From the NCBI GenBank assembly GCA_965226795.1, contig CBDDDZ010000003.1, positions 160,001 to 224,000 on the forward strand: a stretch of 64,000 nt of DNA. The letters are read 5' to 3'. The notes under the pieces were generated by a model. The model ran no database searches, was not told the DNA's origin, and saw only the letters and a list, made by a program, of their open reading frames with translations. The DNA is from Candidatus Latescibacterota bacterium (GTDB lineage: Bacteria; Latescibacterota; UBA2968; GCA-2709665). Below, one piece after another: positions 52,980 through 60,809 of this stretch. The stretch's first letter is position 1. Each line of letters starts with the position of its first letter. The position numbers were made by a program, and so were the translations under genes.

Positions 52980-54035
52980 TCAGTTCAGCGCATAGGTCTC
53001 GTACGGGTTCTGGCAGGGGTTGTTCCGGCTCACGTGCATGCGGCCTGCATCGGTTTCGATGATGACGGAGAACGCCGTGGCCCAATACCCCGTGGTGGGA
53101 TGATCGTTGGGATGGCGGCAGATGGAGGTGGGATGGTTTTCATGATCGCTCAGGGCGGCCTTCATGCTCTCGATCGCAAAGGGACGTTCCATTTCATCGA
53201 AGAGCTTCTGAATTCGGATCTTCCGGCCGCCGGACTGGATGAGTTCGGGGAAGACGTTGTTGTTATGCGTCAGTTCGGGATGCTCGCAGTGGTTGGTATG
53301 GGTTACCAGACCCACGCCGTCGCCCCGGATAACATGCACGTTTTCCAGGGCGACCTCCAGGTCCGCCGGCCCCTGGGGCGTCGCCAGGATAATGTTGGCG
53401 GGGATGGCGCGCCTCGCCCGTCGCACCGCCTGAACGGCATCTTCCAGGGTGCCGGTTTCGTAAATGCCCCGGACCGTGAAGTAGTGCGGCACGCCCACGG
53501 CCCGGCTGGGCGCGGGCAGGGTATTCAGGCATAGCCCGATGCCCTCGCTGTTCAGGCCAATGTAGGCGATGATTCCGGCCTGGGTAATGTTCAGGATGGC
53601 GGGCCTTCCGGTCGGACGGCGAGTGAGGACAATCGTAAAGGGGTTGAGTGCCGTGTCGTTATCCCAGTTCTGACCCACAATGTTGCCCCTTCCGGCCGGC
53701 GCGGTGACTGAAAAGGACGTGCATCCGGCGTCGGCCTTCGCCTGGAGCTGATTTCGGACCTGGAGCATCATGAGATCGTCCAGCGAGACGCCGGAGGATT
53801 CGGCCATTCCCCGCATCTCGTCGAGCATGTGGGGTGCGTATCCCTCCACGTACGGAATGCAGTCCCGGGCGACGGCCATTGCCCTTTCAACGGGGACCGT
53901 AACGCTCTTGTTCACCCGCTCGAGGGCGATATGCGCAAAGCCGCGGAGTTCTTCACGGGCGGCCTCGCCGATCTGCCTTCCCATTTCGATGGGCGAACCG
54001 GCGACTTCGATTTCACGGTAGCGTGCATCTGACAT
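52980..54035 (-). CDS. Peptidase C45 (AAT-like Ntn hydrolase)
   Basis: GCTSF autocleavage site, GQNWD, GLNSEG, HTNH. Confidence 0.88.
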   Translation of the reverse strand: MSDARYREIEVAGSPIEMGRQIGEAAREELRGFAHIALERVNKSVTVPVERAMAVARDCIPYVEGYAPHMLDEMRGMAESSGVSLDDLMMLQVRNQLQAKADAGCTSFSVTAPAGRGNIVGQNWDNDTALNPFTIVLTRRPTGRPAILNITQAGIIAYIGLNSEGIGLCLNTLPAPSRAVGVPHYFTVRGIYETGTLEDAVQAVRRARRAIPANIILATPQGPADLEVALENVHVIRGDGVGLVTHTNHCEHPELTHNNNVFPELIQSGGRKIRIQKLFDEMERPFAIESMKAALSDHENHPTSICRHPNDHPTTGYWATAFSVIIETDAGRMHVSRNNPCQNPYETYALN

Positions 54036-54115
54036 CCGGACCTCCTCGGACCTGGAAGGCGTTCCGATCGTCCCCTTTGGCCTGGAGATGGGCGCCTTTG
54101 TGCGACGGGCAACGC

Positions 54116-55357
54116 CTATACGCGATTTCGATCGGCCACTTCCCGTACGATTTGCGCGGCGAGTTCGCAGTGTTCGGGTTCATAGCGTTCGCAGAACGAC
54201 GACCAGCGAACGAAGGATTCCAGGAAGCTCTGCGCATTGGGGCAGGTATCCCCGTTGTACGAATATTCCCTGGAAGCAGGTGGCATCGAATAGGGATGCT
54301 GCTTCTTTTCCGCCCTTTCAGTGAGAAATGGCAGGGCAGCGGGTAACAGGTAATAGCGACCCGTGCCCGCGCCTGAGATACCCCCATCCGCGACCTGTTG
54401 CGCAAACGCGTCCGGGGTACAGATAAACGCCTCTGGATCGACGCTGAAACCGGCCATCCAGCAGGAGTAGACGTTCATGTAATCAGGAATCGGAAGTGGG
54501 GTGATTCCGGGGATTTCCTCCAGTTTCCCGGTGAGCAGGCGGATCATCCGGTCGCGTTGTTCCACGTTGGGACGGATGATCTCAAGTTGCGCCAGGGAGA
54601 CGGCAGCGGTGCATTGCGGCATGCGGTGAGCGAATCCGGGCACAACGTGCTGCCGACCGAAGCCCGCGAGCACCTGACCCCCGCGGCTGTGGCCGATGAA
54701 GCGCATGCGCTCCGCCAGGTCGTCGTCGTCTGTAACCACGCAGCCGCCGATATCCGAACCCATGGTTTTTTCGGAGTCGAAAGAGAAGGCGCCGGCTGTG
54801 GATAGAGACCCGGCGAACCGCCCCTTGTATTCCCCGAAGACGGCCTGACAGGCGTCCTCGTAAACGATGAGACCGTGTTCGTGGGCGAGCTCGACGATGG
54901 GATCCATATCGCAGATTGTCCCGGTCATGTGCACGACGAGTATGGCGCGCGTGCGGTCCGTGATACAGGGTGCGATGGTCTCCGCACTGATGGCCAGGGT
55001 GCCTGCATCCGTGTCCGCGAAGACGGGGATATAGTCCTCTCTTATAAGGCCCTGCAGGGTGCCGTAGTCCGTAACCGAACTGACGATGATCTCATCACCG
55101 GGATCAAAGCCCAGCGCGCAGGCCAGAACGGCCAGAGCAGGCGTGCAGCCGGGCGTGGCAATGCAGTGTTTCACACCCATCTCTCCAGCGAATGTGTCTT
55201 CAAATCGCCCGATCATGGTGGATGTGAGACCGGAGTCGACCACCTCCTGGAGATAGGCCATTGCGTTGGGTCCGATGGTGCGTGGAAAGGGCTGGGGCAG
55301 CGTGCCGGCAAGCCCGGCGGCCGCATCCGCGCCGTATCTGGCCCGTTCTACGGTCAT
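54116..55357 (-). CDS. DegT/DnrJ/EryC1/StrS family PLP aminotransferase
   Basis: PGDEIIV, EDACQA, FSFDSEKTMG (PLP lysine). Confidence 0.9.
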   Translation of the reverse strand: MTVERARYGADAAAGLAGTLPQPFPRTIGPNAMAYLQEVVDSGLTSTMIGRFEDTFAGEMGVKHCIATPGCTPALAVLACALGFDPGDEIIVSSVTDYGTLQGLIREDYIPVFADTDAGTLAISAETIAPCITDRTRAILVVHMTGTICDMDPIVELAHEHGLIVYEDACQAVFGEYKGRFAGSLSTAGAFSFDSEKTMGSDIGGCVVTDDDDLAERMRFIGHSRGGQVLAGFGRQHVVPGFAHRMPQCTAAVSLAQLEIIRPNVEQRDRMIRLLTGKLEEIPGITPLPIPDYMNVYSCWMAGFSVDPEAFICTPDAFAQQVADGGISGAGTGRYYLLPAALPFLTERAEKKQHPYSMPPASREYSYNGDTCPNAQSFLESFVRWSSFCERYEPEHCELAAQIVREVADRNRV

Positions 55358-55499
55358 GGTTCATCCTTTCTGGCAGTTCGCGTTGATTGGATCGGCCCCT
55401 CGACGACTTCTCCCCATAACCAGCCTCGCCCGGCATCACAGCTTTCAAGCGTTCCGCCGCGTCGAAACAGGAAAAAGGATTTCGGGTGATGCCGTGGTG

Positions 55500-56252
55500 C
55501 TACTTTTTCCCCTGTGCGGCGTACATTTCTTTGGAAAAGACATGGGGCTGTATTTCGCGGCTTGTGGCTTCAATCATGCCCTGGAGGAATTCGACGGTTT
55601 TCTGAATCGCGGCTTCAACCAGAATCTCGCCCAATGCTTCAGTGGCTTTCATAGGCTCCTGGACTTCCTGTGTCCGCATCACGTCGTGGCGAATGTTCTC
55701 CGGACAGATGACCATGGCCATGGCGGTTTCGTACTCGCCCGCGTGCCCGGGCACCCTGCTCGTGCAGTGCTGCTCGGCGATTTCACGACTCAGGTTCCAG
55801 TAGGAGTGGAACTGCACATTGGCTTCCGGCGCCGTCATCTGAAAGAAGAGTTGCCACTGCCGGAGGATGCCCATCATCGGGGCTTCGTTGCCACCGTGTC
55901 CATTGAGAATGAGCACGTTATTGATTCCATGGCGCACCAGGCTCTCCACGGCGTCGAAGAGTACCGACAGCCAGCTTCCGGGCTTGGCGGTGACGGTTCC
56001 CTTATGGATCATGTGATGTTCGGAGATGCCGACCGCCATCGGCACGTTCACGGCAACATTGGGGTACAGCCGTCTGGCGGCTTCCGTGGCCACGTGGGTC
56101 GCCGCCCGGATATCGTATTCCATGGCAAGGTGCTCAAGGTGCTGTTCATTGCTCCCCGTGGGAACGATGGCGGTTCCGAATTGACCGGCTTCCAGGGCTT
56201 CCCGGAATTCCTTGCGGGTGAATTTGGCCAGCGTGACTTCCTGATTGGACAT
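55500..56252 (-). CDS. Creatininase family amidohydrolase
   Basis: PTGSNEQH..H...D, NGHGGN, HAGEYET. Confidence 0.9.
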   Translation of the reverse strand: MSNQEVTLAKFTRKEFREALEAGQFGTAIVPTGSNEQHLEHLAMEYDIRAATHVATEAARRLYPNVAVNVPMAVGISEHHMIHKGTVTAKPGSWLSVLFDAVESLVRHGINNVLILNGHGGNEAPMMGILRQWQLFFQMTAPEANVQFHSYWNLSREIAEQHCTSRVPGHAGEYETAMAMVICPENIRHDVMRTQEVQEPMKATEALGEILVEAAIQKTVEFLQGMIEATSREIQPHVFSKEMYAAQGKK

Positions 56253-56275
56253 ACCGATTCTCCTTTTGGGACCTA

Positions 56276-56331
56276 GTGTTCTGTCCCGGAAATAGATTGC
56301 CGAATGGTGACATATTTCTGGGACGGGACAC
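56276..56331 (-). mobile_element. Minimal 56-bp derivative of the MITE-like element (both TIRs, interior deleted)
   Basis: GTGTTCTGTCCCGGAAATA...TATTTCTGGGACGGGACAC, matching the ends of copy 1 in reverse orientation. Confidence 0.75.
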
Positions 56332-56450
56332 TGACTTGGAATCTCTGTTCAGTGTGCTGGCGCGGGCGCACTGCCATAACGCGATTTGAAAAACGGGTCG
56401 GAATGGATCGCGAATGAAGCGTACGATGCAGCCGGGTTTCGGGATCGGGT

Positions 56451-57746
56451 TCAAACGCCTGTCTTAAGGCGGGCAAAACTGATGGTGTCGTCCAGTACAA
56501 TGAGGGCGAAGTACGTCGTGACATCGGTGCGGGACGGATCCAGTTTGGCGATTACCCGGCGGTACCAGGCCTGACGCTTTGCATCTTTCGGTCCGATGGT
56601 GCTGATTTGACGGTTGAAATCGCTGATCTCAGCGCTGGATTTGCCGTCGTTTTTATTGAGCCAGGCAAGTATCTCTTCGTCAGTACGGCCCGCCTTGAGG
56701 ACATCGGTAAAGTCGCCCATGGAAAACCCCATGAATTCCGCGATCTTCTTATCCAGGCCGGAATTCTCTGCATACTTGTAGCCGCCCAGCAACTGGTGGA
56801 TCGCCGCTCTGCCCTTGTCGATCATCCGGGCGAGGCCGAAGAGACCGCCCACGGAGGCATCGTAAGGGCTTCTCGGCGCATGGCGAGTCAGATCCACGAC
56901 GCCGAACGATGCCTCGTCATCCACGTCGAGCAGGTCGAACCACGTGACGATGTCGGTGCGTTCCGGCGCGGCGTTCGCCAGCGCCGCCTTGAAAATTGAG
57001 CATTCTTTTACGTTCTCCGGGCCTTTTTTGGAAATTCGATGGTTGAATTCGGAAATCTCACCCGAGTGTGCGCAAGTGTGTTCCCGAACCCAATCGCCGA
57101 GTTCCAGGTCGTTCGGATTGAGGTAGGCGGCTTCCTGAAAATCCTCCGCCGAAAAACCGAGAAAGTCGGTGATCGCCTGGTCGATGGGGCAGTTGTAGAT
57201 ATACTCGCCGGGCGTGCCGGCCCTGTCCGCGCGGGCTTTGTCCGCCATCCGCGCGAGGCCGAAGATCCCAGCGACGTCCCGGCGGTAGGGTGACCGTGGA
57301 GCTCGTTGCGTGAGGTCGGCGTCTCTGAAGCCCGCCCAGTCGTCCAATTCGATGGACTGGAATACGGTGACAATATCCGTTCGCCCCGGGGCGTATTTTT
57401 CAAGGCGATCCTTGAGACGCTGTTTGCCGGCCTCGTCGCCCGGCTCGCGCTTGAGATGATACTGATTGAATGCGTCGATCTCCTCGTCGGTACGATCGGA
57501 AACCTCCCGTACCCAGCGCCCGAGATCCGAATCGCCATAGCGTCCGGCGGCGTCGGCAAAGCCGTCGTGCGAGACGCCCAGAAAATCCAGCAGGATCTTG
57601 TCCAGGCCCGAGTCGTCGCCGTACAGAAATTCACCCAGCGTCCGCGCGTTGTATGCACGGGCTTTGTCCGCCATGCGCGCGAGGTTGACGATGCCGGCGA
57701 TGGAGACATTGGACGGACGGCGAGGAGGTTGGCGAATAAGGTCCAC
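56451..57746 (-). CDS. Protein with three tandem DUF5069-like domains
   Basis: Three ~140-aa repeats, each starting DLxxxxPRxP, followed by LARMxDKxRA and a YxY/LDxxxxxFxG block. Confidence 0.8.
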   Translation of the reverse strand: MDLIRQPPRRPSNVSIAGIVNLARMADKARAYNARTLGEFLYGDDSGLDKILLDFLGVSHDGFADAAGRYGDSDLGRWVREVSDRTDEEIDAFNQYHLKREPGDEAGKQRLKDRLEKYAPGRTDIVTVFQSIELDDWAGFRDADLTQRAPRSPYRRDVAGIFGLARMADKARADRAGTPGEYIYNCPIDQAITDFLGFSAEDFQEAAYLNPNDLELGDWVREHTCAHSGEISEFNHRISKKGPENVKECSIFKAALANAAPERTDIVTWFDLLDVDDEASFGVVDLTRHAPRSPYDASVGGLFGLARMIDKGRAAIHQLLGGYKYAENSGLDKKIAEFMGFSMGDFTDVLKAGRTDEEILAWLNKNDGKSSAEISDFNRQISTIGPKDAKRQAWYRRVIAKLDPSRTDVTTYFALIVLDDTISFARLKTGV

Positions 57747-57803
57747 AGAACTTCCTTTCTATTCAAGACAGGATTTCTTTAAAATATCGTCTTGGATAAA
57801 TCG

Positions 57804-58058
57804 TTACACAGTATGCGCAATGGCTTCTGCTTCGATCTCCGCTCGGTCTACATCGTAACCTGCCGAACTCACATCTGCGATTGCCGAGAGAATGGTGGTT
57901 TCCAGGGAATCGCCCTCTCGGCAAAAATCAATTAAGAAAACTCCGTTGCACAATCCTGGCGATCCATCGTCACAACCGGCATGGAACAACTCGTCTGCAA
58001 TCTCTTCGGTCAATTCGAACTGACCCTTCAGTATCAAGGCAAACTCGTATTTGGCCAT
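57804..58058 (-). CDS. Small acidic HicB-like antitoxin-type protein
   Basis: 84 aa; MAKYEFALIL, LFHAGCDD, DFCREGDSLETTILSAIADV. Confidence 0.55.
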   Translation of the reverse strand: MAKYEFALILKGQFELTEEIADELFHAGCDDGSPGLCNGVFLIDFCREGDSLETTILSAIADVSSAGYDVDRAEIEAEAIAHTV

Positions 58059-58089
58059 TGTGTTGACCCTTGCCAACTTTATCGCCTGA

Positions 58090-58220
58090 ATCAGGTCGTT
58101 CGAGCACCGGTCAACGGGCCGGCGGTTTGCTCTGGCATGGTCTTCAGGATTCCTCGGCTTTGAGTAAACAGCCCTGACACATCCGGTCCGATCCCTCAAC
58201 GGACAAAACAACCGGACCGT
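58090..58220 (-). pseudogene. C-terminal remnant of a HicA-like toxin
   Basis: Frame reads RLFCP..DRTGC..VYSKPRNPEDHAR..RRPVDRC directly upstream of the antitoxin; N-terminus missing. Confidence 0.45.
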
Positions 58221-58435
58221 GGCAGAGGATGTGCTTCTTCGTGCTCGATCAACTCTTCGGCATAGGCCAATGCCGCTCTCAGGTCTTCGTCCGTGATAGC
58301 ATATTCCTTACAGACCTCGTCCGGATCAGATCCACCCGCGAGACTCCCGATTACTCTATGTACAGGTACTCTCGTTCCACTGATCACCGGTTTTCCATGA
58401 CGAATTGACGGATCAATAACAATGCGATCATTCAT
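58196..58435 (-). CDS. DUF433 antitoxin-family protein
   Basis: RIVIDPSIRHGKPVISGTRVPV..ITDEDLRAALAYA; RBS GGAGGAGG. Confidence 0.9.
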   Translation of the reverse strand: MNDRIVIDPSIRHGKPVISGTRVPVHRVIGSLAGGSDPDEVCKEYAITDEDLRAALAYAEELIEHEEAHPLPRSGCFVR

Positions 58436-58479
58436 TATAGCGCCTCCTCCACTTCCGAGAAACATACGATACTCGCGCT

Positions 58480-58815
58480 GTTTTCCCGGCCCGGAAATTT
58501 GTCACCATTCTGCGGGCTGTTCATCCCGTCTCGCCGCGTTACATGCGCTGCTAGCGCTAAGCTTGTCGAGGCGAGCCGAACGAAACGTGGTCAATGCCTG
58601 TGCTGAGCTTGTCGAAATGTCCGCGTTTCGTAACCTGTTTGTCGCTCTTCAACGCCCTTCGCCGACCCTTCGACAAGCTCAGGGAGCGGCTCAGGTCGCA
58701 GGCCCCCTGCCAGCCGGACCGGCGGAGCCCGTTCGACGGTTTAATCACTCCCCCCTTGAGGGGGAAAGTCGCAGAAGCCGAGCCCGTCCCCTGAGCCTGT
58801 CGAAGGGCCGGCGAC
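58480..58815. repeat. Mosaic of a partial MITE end and palindromic repeats
   Basis: Degenerate MITE end (CCCGGAAATTTGTCACCATTC..TTCATCCCGTCTCGC); CTGAGCTTGTCGAA motifs; ~35-bp inverted arms at about 58659-58692 and 58780-58814 enclosing CCCCCTTGAGGGGG. Confidence 0.75.
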
Positions 58816-59049
58816 GGCTGATGCGGTGGGGGGATGTCAACCCTCCTCAATGGGGGCGTAATGCGTGATGTCTTGGCGGGGTAGGTAGTATGAACAAACA
58901 TGAACCCATTTTGCGTAGAAATTACACCGCAAGACCGCTATGCCTGTTTGAATGATCTGTCAAAAGTATGCAAACCCCCATGCAGTGTCAAGGGATCCGG
59001 CAAGTCACAACCCGGCCGACATCGACCCCGAGACTGCCGATGTTCGCGG

Positions 59050-59676
59050 CTACGTGTTCATACGGGTGAGCATATCGCGGTCGTTGAGGCAGGGGATGGA
59101 CCCGTCCAGAAAGGCCTGGAGGAGGTCGTCAGGGCTGAGGTCGGACGTATCGATTTCGAATTTGCGCATGATCCAGCAGGCGCCGTACTCCGCCTGGAAT
59201 TCATCCTGGATCTCCTGGATGTCCTCCCTGGGGACAATGTGATAGGTATGTCGGTCTTCCTCCATGCGTCTTTCAATGACATCGGCGCGGGCTTTGAGAT
59301 GGACCAGGATGGTGTCCGGCGGCATCTCGACTTCCCAGGCTCTCGGCGTTTCGGAAAGACGGCCGACAGTGGGGTAATAGTACCGGGGGCCGTAGATGTT
59401 TTCCTCGATGTGAAACCCGCCCAGCAGAATGTGTTCGTATTTGTTGATCAGCCGAACGTGGTAGGCAAGCTGGAAACGCTGGTAACGTTCCTTTATGGCT
59501 TCGGGAAGACCCAGCATGATTCGCTGGTCGCCTTCCGTTTTGAGCATCTGGCAGTCGGGAATGCTGAAGTGGTCGTCCAGGTGATGCACGATGCCCCGGT
59601 CGCGCCCCCACTGCATGAGGCCGTCGAAAAGGGTCGTTTTTCCGGTGTATTCACAGCCAATGGCGATGATGCGCAT
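59050..59676 (-). CDS. P-loop nucleoside-monophosphate-kinase-like protein
   Basis: N-terminal Walker A GCEYTGKTT; lid-like LKARADVIERR; IDTS. Confidence 0.65.
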   Translation of the reverse strand: MRIIAIGCEYTGKTTLFDGLMQWGRDRGIVHHLDDHFSIPDCQMLKTEGDQRIMLGLPEAIKERYQRFQLAYHVRLINKYEHILLGGFHIEENIYGPRYYYPTVGRLSETPRAWEVEMPPDTILVHLKARADVIERRMEEDRHTYHIVPREDIQEIQDEFQAEYGACWIMRKFEIDTSDLSPDDLLQAFLDGSIPCLNDRDMLTRMNT

Positions 59677-59764
59677 GGTGATATCTCCTCAATGAAGTGA
59701 AAATACGGGAGTGACGACAAGCCAATGCCGGACTCGGTTGGAAAAACGTACGAAATGAACCGAA

Positions 59765-60514
59765 CTACAGGCCGACGGCCTGTATGAAGGCTCTTATGCG
59801 GTTGACATCGGTGAGATCATGTGAGAATTCCGGGAGGCGAAACTCTCCGCCCATAAAGGCGTTGGGGTTACGGTAGGTCATGCGGCTGGAGATGCTGCTC
59901 CGGGCGGCGACGTGGATTTCGCGGGCGCCGGTGCCGGCGGCGACCTTCGCGACATTGCGTTCGGTAATGCCGCCGCCGGGCATGACCACGATGCGGCCGT
60001 TTGCCCTCCTGATCAGATCCGAAATGAGGTCGACGCCATCGAGCGCGGAAATCTCCTGGCCCGACGTGAGCACCCGGTCCACGCCAAGCGCAATCAGGTC
60101 TTCCAGCGCCCGGTGGGGATCGGCGGCCATGTCGAAGGCACGGTGAAACGTGACCGAAAGCGGACGGATACGTTCGATGAGAGCGCCGGTACGCTCGGCG
60201 TCTATCGAGCCGTCCGGATTCAGGAGGCCGATCACGATCCCGTCCGCGCCCCATCCGGCGACCAGTTCGACATCCCTCAACATCGTTTCGAACTCCACAT
60301 CGGAATAACAGAAATCTCCTCCTCGCGGCCGGACGATGACGTTGAGACCAATGTCGATATGCTTGCGGGAAACATGAACGGCGCCCGCGCTGGGGGTCGT
60401 GCCGCCTTCGATCAGGTTGTCGCACAACTCCACACGATTTGCGCCGGCCTCCTGCGCGGAAATGGCGCCCTGCGCGGATCCCACACAGATTTCAAACAGT
60501 ACTGGCGGGTTCAA
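59765..60514 (-). CDS. cutC: Copper homeostasis protein CutC
   Basis: EICV, RVELC, GGTTPS, RPRGGDF, TFHRAFD, RVLTSG; TTG start after GGAGG. Confidence 0.93.
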   Translation of the reverse strand: MNPPVLFEICVGSAQGAISAQEAGANRVELCDNLIEGGTTPSAGAVHVSRKHIDIGLNVIVRPRGGDFCYSDVEFETMLRDVELVAGWGADGIVIGLLNPDGSIDAERTGALIERIRPLSVTFHRAFDMAADPHRALEDLIALGVDRVLTSGQEISALDGVDLISDLIRRANGRIVVMPGGGITERNVAKVAAGTGAREIHVAARSSISSRMTYRNPNAFMGGEFRLPEFSHDLTDVNRIRAFIQAVGL

Positions 60515-60590
60515 TACGTACCTCCGTCCGTGATGTCGTCGATCCGCCGCAGTCCGGACAGGGGCCCGTTCGCCGGGGCCGGCAAGGGTG

Positions 60591-60803
60591 GTGTTCTGTC
60601 CCGGAAATAGGTTGCCTGAATTCGGCCGACGAGTCGCCCGTCTCGCAAGGCGCCTGAGCGCTGGCGACCTGCGTAAGGTCTGCGAGCGAAGGCACTTCGA
60701 CAAGCTCAGCGCAAGCAACGCAGCGAGACGGGATGAATCGGCCTGCCTGCTGAAGCATGCGAGGCAGGCGGGAGAATGGTGAAATATTTCCGGGACAGGA
60801 CAC
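60591..60803 (-). mobile_element. MITE-like element, copy 2, with an extra internal hairpin
   Basis: TIRs GTGTTCTGTCCCGGAAATA / TATTTCCGGGACAGGACAC; interior colinear with 14183-14368 plus CCTGCCT..AGGCAGG. Confidence 0.8.
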
Positions 60804-60809
60804 AAGGTC

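Noticed and set aside
58440..58900. CRISPR array or protein-coding ORFs (148 aa, 114 aa)
   Set aside because: Repeats are inverted, irregularly spaced and lack unique spacers; no cas genes; the ORFs are translations of the repeats
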